Part shown: one piece after another, positions 20,223 to 30,226 of the stretch
Layout of the letters: the number at the start of each line of letters is the position of its first letter
How positions within the stretch are numbered: position 1 is the first letter of the stretch
Assembly (NCBI GenBank): GCA_027317865.1
Contig: DAHVQG010000004.1
Span: 96,001 to 160,000 of the forward strand
Length of the DNA stretch: 64,000 nucleotides
Reading direction: 5' to 3'
DNA from: Bdellovibrionales bacterium
GTDB taxonomy: Bacteria > Bdellovibrionota > Bdellovibrionia > Bdellovibrionales > UBA1609
Notes under the pieces: model-generated
Database searches by the model: none
What the model was told of the DNA's origin: nothing
The model's input: only the letters and a program-made list of their open reading frames with translations
Program-made: the position numbers and the translations under genes

Positions 20223-21365
20223 TTATCCGCCTTAACCGTCGAGGGTGACTGCGTTTTCACCTGCGACTTAAGAAATTCTTCAATTACCGGGTCCAGATCG
20301 CCGTCAAGAACTTGGCTCGGTTGACCAGACTCCCAAGACGTGCGGTGATCTTTAACCATTTGATACGGATGCAATACGTAGGAACGAATTTGACTGCCCC
20401 ATTCGTTGGCTTTTTTCTGCGCGTCGATTTCTTCTTTTTCTTTGAGCAGTTTTTTTGATTCGATTTCGTAAAGTGCCGCTTTGAGCATTTTCATGGCACG
20501 ATTGCGATTGGCGATCTGACTCCGCTCATTTTGACAAGCGATGACGATTCCAGTCGGAATATGGGTGATCCGAACCGCCGAATCGGTTCGGTTCACGTGC
20601 TGTCCGCCGGCTCCGCTGGAACGATACGTGTCGACTCTCAAGTCTTCGTCTCGAATCACAACTTCGACTTCGTCGTCCACTTCAGGCCACACCATAACCG
20701 AGGCAAAACTTGTGTGTCGTCTGGCATTTGCGTCAAATGGACTAATTCGGACAAGACGATGCACACCATTTTCGGCTTTGAGATAACCGTATGCGAACGG
20801 TCCTTGAATATTGAGCGTCGCCGATTTGATCCCCGCTTCTTCGCCATAGTTAATCGACATGACTTCGACGCGAAAACCTTTGCGTTCGGCATAGCGCGTG
20901 TACATTCTAAGCAGCATTTCAGCCCAATCCTGCGCTTCGGTACCGCCCGCTCCCGAATTAACGGCAAGGTAGGCATTCAACGGGTCAAGCCGGTTACTCA
21001 AAAGACTTTTGATTTCAAGATCGCCAATTGTGCTCGACATTTTTTGGCATTCGCTTTTGAGCTCCTGAAAAAGTTCATCGTCTTGGCTGTCTTGAACCAT
21101 TTCAAGCATAACAGTTGCGTCTTCGTGGCGTTTTCGAAGCCCCTCGTAATCTTCAATCGATTTTTCGAGAATAGATTTTTCTTGGTTAATTTTCTGCATT
21201 TCGCGATGGTCATTCCAAATCGCGGGATTTTGTGCCTGATTATCTAGCTCTTCGATGCGCTTACGCTTGTGATCGATGTCAAAGATACCTCCTGAGGTCG
21301 CTCACTTTTTCGGCAATTGTGGCGAGACGGCCTTTGACGTCTGAGAGTTCAGTGGCGATGGACAT
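20219..21365 (-). CDS. prfB: Peptide chain release factor 2, translated via a programmed +1 frameshift
   Basis: ATG 21365 gives 28 codons (MSIATELSDVKGRLATIAEKVSDLRRYL), then CTT-TGA-C; the +1 frame continues DIDHKRKRIEEL... with SPF and GGQ motifs. Confidence 0.96.
21278..21293 (-). promoter_or_regulatory. RF2 autoregulatory frameshift cassette
   Basis: The minus strand reads AGGAGG-TAT-CTT-TGA-C: internal SD, slippery codon and weak stop. Confidence 0.95.
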
Positions 21366-21379
21366 TCTTTGCGTTCCTT

Positions 21380-21850
21380 TTATTTGTGCGGAGGCGTTAG
21401 CTGCTCAAAAATCCGATCTTGCAAACGATACATAACCCGTGCCTGCTTGTCACTTTTTTCATGTTCATATCCGAGGAGATGCAAAATCCCGTGGATCAAC
21501 ATGTAGAGAAGTTCATCCCGATAACTCAGGCCGTGTTCGAACGCTTGCTTGCGAATGACTTGCGGGCAAAATACAAGCTCTCCCAAGCTGTCGGGCTCGA
21601 CGGGAGCAAAACTCAAAACATCGGTCGCCCGGTCTTTATCGCGAAATTTTTTATTAAGTCGCCGTATCTCGGCTGAATTTACGAAAACACACATTAGATT
21701 TTGAACCGACTCGGCCCTGCATCGCGTTTTAGCCGGCAGACGCCGCACAGTTTGGCTAGCTCGACTTTCAATCCATCGCTTTGACGGAATGGCGCGAGAT
21801 GTTCTTCGACCTTTTGATGCCGATATATTCGATAAAATCGTGACTTTCAC
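21380..21850 (-). CDS. ybeY: rRNA maturation endoribonuclease YbeY
   Basis: LNKKFR.KDRATDVLSF, LGEL and HGILHLLGYEH. Confidence 0.94.
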   Translation of the reverse strand: MKVTILSNISASKGRRTSRAIPSKRWIESRASQTVRRLPAKTRCRAESVQNLMCVFVNSAEIRRLNKKFRDKDRATDVLSFAPVEPDSLGELVFCPQVIRKQAFEHGLSYRDELLYMLIHGILHLLGYEHEKSDKQARVMYRLQDRIFEQLTPPHK

Positions 21851-21896
21851 ATTTCATTGTTTAACCTTGACGGCGATTCAACACAAGCGGCACAAG

Positions 21897-22961
21897 CTAA
21901 TTCATAGCGAATTCAAACTGTTCGCTAAAAGGCCCCTCACATTTTGATAAGCCGGCTAACCCTTCAATCGACACCGACATATGTTGGGTAAAGAAATTCG
22001 AAACACAGCTAACTTGATATGGAGTTTGGACATCAACGCATGCCTTAAAATCAAGCGAACTAGGAGGGTCCCACCAATGCCGGCCCGTAATCATGAGTCC
22101 ACTGAGCCGCGTGAGACATTGAACGGGATATGTTGAACTGGCACGCAACGCAGTTAATGTTTCGCCATTGAATTTCTTAATGTCGTTGGCTACTTCACCT
22201 GAGTAATAGGTAATATTGGTAAATTGGTTTGCGGCGGCATTTGAGTACGCCCCACCACGGATCATGTCTTCACTCTGATTGTTGGTGTATCCCGTTAATT
22301 CTTCACTCGAGGTTATCCCAGCAAGCTTCCATTTACCGGAGCGAGTAAAGACATATAATGCTCCCCCAGAGGCGCCTTCCGAACTCGCACAATCACTAAA
22401 TATTTCGTCAACGTGTAGCCCACGTACCGTGCAATGTCCGGCAACAACTCGAGTGAATCCCTTAAATTTGTCGTAAGGAAAACCAACCGTTTCGGCGGGT
22501 TCCCCCACATACACCTCGGATGGCTGGGCCACTTCGGCAAACTTCACCCACTTAGGCGCCGGTGACCGCAAATGCACGACCGCAAAATCTTGATAGGTAA
22601 TCGGTATATTCCGCCACTGCCATTTGGCATCGTATGAATTATCAAAGTATTGACCTGGCCAACTTTCATCGACAGCTATTTTTGGACCAGCATGACCTTT
22701 ATAGAAAAATTCTATCGCATCTGGCTTCCATTCGCTTCCCCAAACGCAATGACCCGCTGTCAGGGCCCATTGGGGAGCAATCATAACGGCAGAACAGTAA
22801 GTGGGATGCGTTGACAACGATAACCTTTGTACCGCCAGTTCGGCTGGTTGCGTATCGTCTGAAACTTGCCGCGGGTCCTTTGCGCCAAACCAACTCGCCT
22901 GCGCACGAATTCCACTGAAGACCGCAGCAACTAGAATCAAAGCAACGGTAATGCCCCGCAA
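21897..22961 (-). CDS. Secreted trypsin-like (V8/S1B) serine protease
   Basis: Signal peptide; catalytic triad motifs LTAGHC, DFAVV and GASGG; Cys-containing C-terminal extension. Confidence 0.85.
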   Translation of the reverse strand: MRGITVALILVAAVFSGIRAQASWFGAKDPRQVSDDTQPAELAVQRLSLSTHPTYCSAVMIAPQWALTAGHCVWGSEWKPDAIEFFYKGHAGPKIAVDESWPGQYFDNSYDAKWQWRNIPITYQDFAVVHLRSPAPKWVKFAEVAQPSEVYVGEPAETVGFPYDKFKGFTRVVAGHCTVRGLHVDEIFSDCASSEGASGGALYVFTRSGKWKLAGITSSEELTGYTNNQSEDMIRGGAYSNAAANQFTNITYYSGEVANDIKKFNGETLTALRASSTYPVQCLTRLSGLMITGRHWWDPPSSLDFKACVDVQTPYQVSCVSNFFTQHMSVSIEGLAGLSKCEGPFSEQFEFAMN

Positions 22962-23036
22962 ATCCCCCCCTTATCTGAATCGTTCGACTCAGACATTAAG
23001 ATTCGTGAACAATACCATTTTCATTTGCAAGTCACT

Positions 23037-23063
23037 ACTGTTACAGTTCTCAACTGTAAAGTT
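23037..23063. promoter_or_regulatory. Putative operator made of chained ACTGT/ACAGT inverted repeats
   Basis: ACTGT-T-ACAGT (23037-23047) overlaps TTACAGTT-CTC-AACTGTAA (23041-23059), upstream of the protease gene. Confidence 0.45.
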
Positions 23064-23118
23064 TATATGGATCGTATTTTAAAAGTAGCGATGATTTACA
23101 TGTCTCAGGTCGGCTTAA

Positions 23119-23775
23119 TTAATGAGCGACTCGTACTTGCAAGTCCAATAGGACTTCGCCAGAAACCGGATCTATAAACATAATCGGATTAGACGAGGCG
23201 ACCCTACACGTCAGTAAATTCTGCCGCTTCTCACAATTCATCCTCACAGGCCACTCATAAACGGATTTATATTGCGAAATTTTTTGTTGGCTATAGGCCG
23301 TTACGCTGTACTCACGGCACTTTCCGACCAAACCCGAGACAATTCCGAGTGCACAATTCAAAAAAGTCGGCGGCTTCACTTGGACGACCGGATCGGCCAT
23401 TATGTTCAGATTTATCAGATTCGCGGTCATAATTTTTTGTAGGCAAAAATCACGAAAGCCAACAAATTGCCCATACGAATATTTTTTTGGCAGCTCCAAG
23501 TCGCATCGACCGTATAAATTTAAAGGCGAACGACCCGAATTCAATTCCAACGCGCTCGTTTGTTGAGGCGTCACAAGGTAGTACATAACCTTTTCTGACC
23601 ATCCATTTTCAGCATCTCTTGGATGCGTCCAAATTCGACCCGGGCTATAACTGACCCAGTTGTACCATGCTTCAGATGGATAAGTGCTCAACCTAAAATT
23701 AACGGGTCGAGCAAATGCTGAAGACGAAATAAAAATCAAACCGATTAATGATACGAGCAGAATCTGAGTTTTCAT
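23119..23775 (-). CDS. Hypothetical secreted protein
   Basis: Signal peptide ending in AFA, GGAG RBS, six Cys; no family recognised. Confidence 0.7.
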   Translation of the reverse strand: MKTQILLVSLIGLIFISSSAFARPVNFRLSTYPSEAWYNWVSYSPGRIWTHPRDAENGWSEKVMYYLVTPQQTSALELNSGRSPLNLYGRCDLELPKKYSYGQFVGFRDFCLQKIMTANLINLNIMADPVVQVKPPTFLNCALGIVSGLVGKCREYSVTAYSQQKISQYKSVYEWPVRMNCEKRQNLLTCRVASSNPIMFIDPVSGEVLLDLQVRVAH

Positions 23776-23814
23776 CGCTCCACTCCATGCACCCGCCTGA
23801 GACGGTCGACATGC

Positions 23815-23843
23815 TGTATACCGGCCTTGACGCGTAACGTCAA
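23815..23843 (-). promoter_or_regulatory. Putative sigma70 promoter overlapping a palindrome
   Basis: Minus strand TTGACG-N17-TATACA; TTGACG-N5-CGTCAA palindrome at 23827-23843. Confidence 0.45.
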
Positions 23844-23971
23844 TACCCTCGGCAGGTCTCGCCCGTGACTCTACCAGATCTGCAAATAAACTGGAGCGGC
23901 CATTTTTCAGATACCAAAATTTTCATGGTCCATTGTTATTCTTCCTCAATTTGTGGCAAGACCACTAGATC

Positions 23972-24913
23972 GTGCAGTCAACAAATCCACAAACCACCTA
24001 CCAACTTCTTGATTCAGGCAACTTTATGCGCCTTGAGCAAGCCGGGCCATATCGAATAGTTCGCCCAGCAGCCGCTGCCGCATGGGGGCCATCCCTTGAT
24101 CATAGCGAATGGGATTGTTCTGATGTCTCGTTTCATCGCACGGGCGGCGATGCAAACCAAGCACGTGGGGAGTGGCAATTTCGCAATTCAAAGGCAAAAA
24201 CGTTACTCTCACAACCATGGCGCATTGAATTCAATCCTATTAGTTTATTTTTAAAACTCACGAGTTTTGGCCACCTTGGGCTATTCGCCGAGCAGGAGAA
24301 AAATTGGCGAAAAATTCACGAGATGATTGCAGCGCGAAAGACGGCATCGCCTAATTCTCCCGTTCGCGTACTCAACCTTTTCGCATATACCGGTGCAGCC
24401 ACGCTTCACGCGGCTCATGCGGGCGCCGAAGTCGTTCACCTCGACGCTTCAAAAGGAACAGTAAAGTGGGCGCGCGACAACGCCGAGGCTTCAAACCTTA
24501 CCCATTGCCCCATTCGATGGATCGTCGACGACGCTCAAGAATTTGTTGAGCGGGAACTCCGCCGCGGCCAACGCTACCACGGAGTTTTACTCGACCCCCC
24601 GTCGTATGGACGCGGCAATAACGGTCAGATCTGGAAGATTGAAGAACACCTATTGCCGCTACTTAAAAAAGTATCTGCTTTGTTAGAAGACGATTTTCTA
24701 TTTGTCCTTTTATCGTCACACTCGCCCGGATACACGCCGATCTCGCTAAGGAATATTTTAGAGCAGATTTTAAATAGTGCTCATTCTCGAGATGAAAAAT
24801 TTCATATGACTGTACAAAACGGCCAATACACCGCGGCTGAAATGGTGATTTTAGATTCGACCGGCAAACCGCTGCCAAGCGGCGCCGATTGTTTGTTTCT
24901 GTCTCGAGCGTAA
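23972..24913 (+). CDS. Class I SAM-dependent methyltransferase (RlmI/RlmK-like)
   Basis: YQLLDSG, FGHLGLFAEQ, VLNLFAYTG and LDPPSYGRG. Confidence 0.88.
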   Translation: MQSTNPQTTYQLLDSGNFMRLEQAGPYRIVRPAAAAAWGPSLDHSEWDCSDVSFHRTGGDANQARGEWQFRNSKAKTLLSQPWRIEFNPISLFLKLTSFGHLGLFAEQEKNWRKIHEMIAARKTASPNSPVRVLNLFAYTGAATLHAAHAGAEVVHLDASKGTVKWARDNAEASNLTHCPIRWIVDDAQEFVERELRRGQRYHGVLLDPPSYGRGNNGQIWKIEEHLLPLLKKVSALLEDDFLFVLLSSHSPGYTPISLRNILEQILNSAHSRDEKFHMTVQNGQYTAAEMVILDSTGKPLPSGADCLFLSRA

Positions 24914-24925
24914 TTTTTTGCCCGG

Positions 24926-27388
24926 TCAACGGCTCCGCTTTTTCATCGTGACACCGTCGGCGACCAACTCGTTCTGCTGTTTAACCGCAATCAATTTACC
25001 GTCTCGCATGTGTGGATATTCCATTCGCTGGTGATACATCGCGAGCAAAATTTGCTTGAACGTATCTTTGATCGTCGCTAAGTCACGTATCGACAGGTTA
25101 CATTCATCGAGTTGACCATCCATAAACCGGCTCTCGATAATGTTTTCAACAATGGAATTCAATCGGCTCTGCGTCGGCTCGTCGAGCGCACGTGCCGTGG
25201 CTTCAATGCCGTCAGCCAGCATGACGAGCGCCGCTTCTTTAAATTGAGGCTTTGGCCCCGGATAACGAAAATCGCTTTCTTCAACAGTGCCCGTTGTATT
25301 TTCGTTTTGATCTTCGAGGGCACGGTTATAAAAATACGAAATGAGTGTTGTCCCGTGGTGCTGTAAAATTCCATCCACAATCGGCTTGCCGAGTTTATGT
25401 GCAATTGCCATTTCGGCTCCGTCTTTTACATGAGCAACGAGAATTGTTTTGCTCATGTGCGGAGACACTTGATCATGCGGGTTATGGCCCGGCCTTTGGT
25501 TTTCGACGAAATACTGCGCGTGCTCCATCTTGCCGATGTCGTGATAGAAGGCCATGACTTTGGCAAGTAGCGGATTGGCACCAATTTCTTTGGCGGCCGC
25601 GTCCACCATATTGCCAACATTCATGGCGTGATGATAAGTCCCCGGCGCTTTCATCATAAGCTCTTGCATGATGGGATGATTGAGATTTCCGAGTTCAAGC
25701 AATTTGATGTCGGTTGTTACATTAAAAAGCGATTCTAAGAGCGGCAAAAATGTCATGGCGACGAACGACGATAGCACTCCGCCACAAAAGCCCGCAGCTC
25801 CGCAAATACCCGCCCCCCAAAAAACGTGTTTGTTGGCCATCTCTTGCATCGTGAAAATAAGGAGCGATGACAGCGCACCAACTAAACCCGTACGCAGGCC
25901 AGCCATATAAATGTCGTTGCGCTTTTTGCAGCCAAACACGCCTTGCGCCGCCGCGATACCGCTGATCAACGTGACCAGAAAAACTCCCAAGTTGAGATCT
26001 AACATGACGGCTAAAACCGTCGAGAGAAACACAGTAAAAATCCATACGATTTCAGTCGAATTAACGAGTAGACCCACAAGCATCGGACCGGCTACTGCGG
26101 GAGCGGCAACCTGAAAAGCAAAGTCCGGAATTTTACTGAATCGATCGGCCAGACTGGCATCCATAACGTACAGAAACAAGCGGGCCAAAATGACAACCAA
26201 AACCGTCACGACACCCATGATCAGAATGTCTTTGGATTCAATCTTAATTTTATCTCGCGAATACCGGCGCAAAAAGGATATAAATGTAATTGTCAATAAG
26301 ACGAACAAAAGTGCGGAGAAAAGCGCTAGAAAATCGACCCTGCGGGCGGCTTCTTTGCTACGAATTGCATTCAAAATCGATAAATGGACCGGATCGATAG
26401 TCGTGCCCTTGCTCACCACGACTTGATTTTTCTTAATTGAAATTTGAACCGGCAGGACGCTATCCCACGCCTTTTTTTGACGTTCTTCGAAATCTTGTTT
26501 GTTGAGCGTGAGGTTCGGTAACAAAAGGCTATGCGCAAGAAGTGTTACGTTGTATCTCGACTGCTCGTTCAATTCCGCAAAACCGCGCACGCCGTCGAGA
26601 GGGAATTGCGTCATGTCTTGCATATTTTTGATGGCATCCATTTTCATGAGCATTTCATGGCCGTTGCCATTTGGGGTCAGTTCGCGAATAATCACCTGCC
26701 GATCCGAATTTCGAAGGGTCGGGTCCACAATATCGGCTATCTTTTCGTTCGCCCATTGCGACACAACACGGATCAATATGTTTTCAATCTCAACGTTAAA
26801 TCTCTGTTCAACCAACCACTCGAAAATATGAGTGGGCACTTTCACCTGGAGTGCATTCATAAATTCAGGCTTGAAGCGCATAAATTTTCTGACCTTCATG
26901 GCCCGTGCAAAATCTGAGCGCGGCCAATACGTCTGATCCACTCGAATCCGCATAATCCGAAACGCTTTGTATATACGGTTATAAACTGGGTCATAAGCGT
27001 CGTATTGATAATCAAATAAAACCGGTTGTGATTTCTCGGCCGCCAGCCGCTTTTCTTCAGTGGCGGCTTGGTCTACGATTGTGACGTTCATCGGAGACCG
27101 AATGTCCGTCTTTGCTACGTCACCGACTGAAAAATGTCCGATGGTTTGAAAATCACTGAACATCAAAAGTGAGAGCGCCAGCGCGAATAAAAAAAACAAA
27201 AGAACACGCCGGAGATCAAATTTTCGATCGAGGTAGTAGGCTAAGCGTCCTAAAAAGCTCTTTTCAAAACCAAGCTGATTGACCCAATTCAAAAAATGCA
27301 ACGACGGATCAACGTATTGTGTGCGAAGCCGAACTTCTTCGGCTGATGCCCGTGATTTTTTCGAACCGCGCCCTTCCAAAAACGACAT
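24926..27388 (-). CDS. 7TM-HD family phosphohydrolase (PgpH-like)
   Basis: Large extracytoplasmic domain, TM bundle, APGTYHH, YHDIGK, YFVENQ, HHGT, FRYPGPKP and MLAD. Confidence 0.9.
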   Translation of the reverse strand: MSFLEGRGSKKSRASAEEVRLRTQYVDPSLHFLNWVNQLGFEKSFLGRLAYYLDRKFDLRRVLLFFLFALALSLLMFSDFQTIGHFSVGDVAKTDIRSPMNVTIVDQAATEEKRLAAEKSQPVLFDYQYDAYDPVYNRIYKAFRIMRIRVDQTYWPRSDFARAMKVRKFMRFKPEFMNALQVKVPTHIFEWLVEQRFNVEIENILIRVVSQWANEKIADIVDPTLRNSDRQVIIRELTPNGNGHEMLMKMDAIKNMQDMTQFPLDGVRGFAELNEQSRYNVTLLAHSLLLPNLTLNKQDFEERQKKAWDSVLPVQISIKKNQVVVSKGTTIDPVHLSILNAIRSKEAARRVDFLALFSALLFVLLTITFISFLRRYSRDKIKIESKDILIMGVVTVLVVILARLFLYVMDASLADRFSKIPDFAFQVAAPAVAGPMLVGLLVNSTEIVWIFTVFLSTVLAVMLDLNLGVFLVTLISGIAAAQGVFGCKKRNDIYMAGLRTGLVGALSSLLIFTMQEMANKHVFWGAGICGAAGFCGGVLSSFVAMTFLPLLESLFNVTTDIKLLELGNLNHPIMQELMMKAPGTYHHAMNVGNMVDAAAKEIGANPLLAKVMAFYHDIGKMEHAQYFVENQRPGHNPHDQVSPHMSKTILVAHVKDGAEMAIAHKLGKPIVDGILQHHGTTLISYFYNRALEDQNENTTGTVEESDFRYPGPKPQFKEAALVMLADGIEATARALDEPTQSRLNSIVENIIESRFMDGQLDECNLSIRDLATIKDTFKQILLAMYHQRMEYPHMRDGKLIAVKQQNELVADGVTMKKRSR

Positions 27389-27517
27389 TGAGTTAACAAT
27401 CCTCCAGAGTCTTTATCGGATTTTAAACCATTTAACCGTATAATCTCGTAGATTTAGTTGATGATTGGACATTTGTCGAATAAGTGAATTTGATATCAAA
27501 CGCACCTGGAGGTAAAA

Positions 27518-28348
27518 ATGCCTGTTGCGCCTAAAAACACTCGATCTTTTGCGTCCTTAGTCGAGGTTGTCGCTGCGTTGCGCGGACCTGATGGCTGCCC
27601 CTGGGATAAAGAACAAACTCATTCGACACTGACTCAATACGCGATTGAAGAAGCATTCGAGTTAGCCGAAGCCATTGATAGCGGCGACCAAAAGGCGATT
27701 ATCGAAGAGCTCGGCGATTTGCTTTTACAAGTTGTTTTGCACTCTGAAATCGCCCGGCAAAACGGGTCATTCACTCTCGACGACGTCATACAGAGCATTA
27801 CTGAAAAAATGATCCGGCGTCACCCGCACGTATTTGGCGACATGAAAGTTTCAGGGAGCTCCGACGTTCTCAAGAATTGGATCAAAATTAAAGATCAAGA
27901 AAAGGCGGGCACAAACCGCACAGAAATGGTAACGACCGGCCTCGGATCAATTCCGGTTAACATGCCGGCTTTAATTCGCGCGCAAAAAATCGGCGACAAG
28001 ACAGTTCGACGCGGTTTTGATTGGTCCACCCCCGCTGAAGTTTTTAATAAAGTCGAAGAAGAAATTAACGAACTTCGGCACGCAATCGAAGTCCACGATG
28101 TAATAAACGAGCAAGAAGAATTAGGTGACGTATTGTTCACCGTTGTGCAACTTGCGCGTCATTTGAATTTCGATGCCGAGCAAGCGTTACGCCAATCGAA
28201 TCGTAAATTTGAATCGCGTTTTCAAAAAATGTGCGAATTGATTCATCAAGACGGTAAGAACTTTTCTGATTTATCGGTCGACGAACTTGAGAACTACTGG
28301 AAAAGCGCAAAAGATCAATTGGGGCGCCTATTGACTCCGATCAAGTAA
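27518..28348 (+). CDS. mazG: Nucleoside triphosphate pyrophosphohydrolase MazG
   Basis: GCPWDKEQT, EELGDLLLQV, RRHPHVFG and a second EELGD; GGAGG RBS. Confidence 0.95.
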   Translation: MPVAPKNTRSFASLVEVVAALRGPDGCPWDKEQTHSTLTQYAIEEAFELAEAIDSGDQKAIIEELGDLLLQVVLHSEIARQNGSFTLDDVIQSITEKMIRRHPHVFGDMKVSGSSDVLKNWIKIKDQEKAGTNRTEMVTTGLGSIPVNMPALIRAQKIGDKTVRRGFDWSTPAEVFNKVEEEINELRHAIEVHDVINEQEELGDVLFTVVQLARHLNFDAEQALRQSNRKFESRFQKMCELIHQDGKNFSDLSVDELENYWKSAKDQLGRLLTPIK

Positions 28349-28911
28349 ATTTCGAAACTTTCTTTTCTAACACCCTTGGGTCGAAAAAGATGGTGGGATT
28401 GAAACCGCGACTTTGTTGCTAATTCGACTTGCTTGGCACCGCCCCCCATGAACAATTTCATGACGACGTGCCCGCCCGGGCGAAGAAGCTCATCGGTCAA
28501 TTCCAAAACTTTCATGCATAGTTCTTCGGAACGCGTTTGATCCGTAATTGCGCTACCCGTTGTTTGCGGAGCCATGTCGCTCAATATGACGTCATACGGA
28601 GCTTCAATGAACTGTTCTTTTGGAGTTGTAAAAATGTCGCTCACCAAAAATTGCGCGTTATTCGCTCGCAAACCCGCTGCTGACAAATCCACCGGTTTTA
28701 GATCAATGCCACGAAGAAATCCTTTAGGTCCCAAAATTTTCAGTGCAACTTGACTCCACGAGCCAGGCGCGCAGCCCAAATCTAACACCTTCGCGCCGAC
28801 ACGGATGACGCGCCAACGCTTCTGAATTTCATCGAGCTTATAGGCGGACCGCGCCAAATAGCCCTCTTTTTTAGCCATCTTAAAATAATGATCTTGCGGA
28901 TTGTACGCCAT
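28315..28911 (-). CDS. rlmE: 23S rRNA Um2552 methyltransferase
   Basis: ARSAYKL, DLGCAPGSW, SDMAP, K and SFEIY (K-D-K-E tetrad). Confidence 0.93.
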   Translation of the reverse strand: MAYNPQDHYFKMAKKEGYLARSAYKLDEIQKRWRVIRVGAKVLDLGCAPGSWSQVALKILGPKGFLRGIDLKPVDLSAAGLRANNAQFLVSDIFTTPKEQFIEAPYDVILSDMAPQTTGSAITDQTRSEELCMKVLELTDELLRPGGHVVMKLFMGGGAKQVELATKSRFQSHHLFRPKGVRKESFEIYLIGVNRRPN

Positions 28912-28995
28912 TGTGATTTTAAATCCCAACTTCACAAGCAATTAAGGAGCACGTGAGCCGTGAACTCACATAGCTCACGCTCGAAGGAGCCCTGT

Positions 28996-30204
28996 ATGCC
29001 CACTCGAATTCTTATTTCTATTTGTATCGTGACCTCGTTCGCGACTCAAGCGCGAGCATGGGGTGAACGCGGACATTTTATCATTGGTTACACTGCCGCA
29101 CGCTTGTTCGAAACGCAACCCACACCCGTAGAACAAAAAAAATTGGGGATATTTTTTACGAGCCGTACCCTAATGCTCGGGCTACTCTCACAAATTCCCG
29201 ATATAGAATGGAAAGACCCTCGCTACCCTCAAATTGTAAAAGAAAACGACCCCTGCCATTACTTCGATACCGAATACGTGTTGGGGTTACCGAAAAATCT
29301 ACGCTCTTATCTTACTAAAATTCGCAATCTCCAACCTAATTTACCCAAATTCGTAAAAGAATATATCGGTAAACCCAGCCGGGTAAATCCGTCGAAGACC
29401 ATAACTTTTTCAAGCCTCGGGAGCGCACCCTTTCGCACTCAGCAACTGTTTCAAATGATGGTCTCGGCATTTCGTTGCGCAAGCTCCAAAAAACCTTTAA
29501 CAGCCAAACAACGTCGATGGGCGGCATTGCACTTTCGCAACCCACTTAGGAGCGGATATTACAAATGCTCGAAAAATTCCTCTCGGCTTGAAGATTTAGC
29601 CGCCGCAATTGAAATTGGCGGCGTCATGTCGCATTTTATCGGTGATTTAACACAACCTTTTCACGTCACAGCTGATTACAACGGATGGGGCACTGGCCAT
29701 GGCGGAATCCATGCCTATTTTGAAAGTAATGTTTTACACTATCTCGACGAGAACCTCGGGGCCGATGTGCTTCGCGACGCAGAAAATCCCGCACGCCAGC
29801 GGCAAATTATGAAACAGTTGAGACTTACAAAGTTTTCTGGAGTGCCCATTCCAACAATTATGTTTCATTTGATTGCCGACTCTTATTCAAAACGCCAAGA
29901 ATTTTTGGATGCCGACAGCCGTTCCGCACTTTTAAAACCAAGCACAATTTGCCGGGTCGGTTACAGATGTCCGCCTCATTCTCATTTAGCGGTACGGCGT
30001 GATTTTCGAAACCCTAAAGTTCAAGCCGCGTTTCGCCCAATCATTGTTGAACGGCTTACGGTTGCCGCGTACGTGGTTTATAAAATTTGGCATTTGGCGT
30101 GGGTTGAAGGGGGCAGGCCAGATGTTCACAACATAAAATCTTACGCTATGCCATACCCGCTCAAAGTGCCGTTTATCCGCCTGTCACCGCTCTTAAAAAA
30201 ATAA
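28996..30204 (+). CDS. Secreted S1/P1 nuclease / zinc phospholipase C superfamily protein
   Basis: Signal peptide ending ARA|WG..GH, PD, HYFD, HFIGDLTQPFH and HAYFES zinc ligands; AAGGAG RBS before ATG 28996. Confidence 0.82.
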   Translation: MPTRILISICIVTSFATQARAWGERGHFIIGYTAARLFETQPTPVEQKKLGIFFTSRTLMLGLLSQIPDIEWKDPRYPQIVKENDPCHYFDTEYVLGLPKNLRSYLTKIRNLQPNLPKFVKEYIGKPSRVNPSKTITFSSLGSAPFRTQQLFQMMVSAFRCASSKKPLTAKQRRWAALHFRNPLRSGYYKCSKNSSRLEDLAAAIEIGGVMSHFIGDLTQPFHVTADYNGWGTGHGGIHAYFESNVLHYLDENLGADVLRDAENPARQRQIMKQLRLTKFSGVPIPTIMFHLIADSYSKRQEFLDADSRSALLKPSTICRVGYRCPPHSHLAVRRDFRNPKVQAAFRPIIVERLTVAAYVVYKIWHLAWVEGGRPDVHNIKSYAMPYPLKVPFIRLSPLLKK

Positions 30205-30226
30205 TTGCGCAGAAGAATACTGCACG

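Noticed and set aside
20219-21199. Apparently N-terminally truncated prfB (pseudogene?)
   Set aside because: Explained by the canonical programmed +1 frameshift.
20531-21247. 238-aa + strand ORF
   Set aside because: Antisense shadow of prfB.
21851-24925. Mobile element explaining the accessory genes
   Set aside because: No integrase, transposase, terminal inverted repeats or target duplication visible.
27413-27439. Sigma28-like -10 box (TCCGATAA) upstream of the 7TM-HD gene
   Set aside because: No TAAA at 15-nt spacing (it is at 10 nt); too weak to call.
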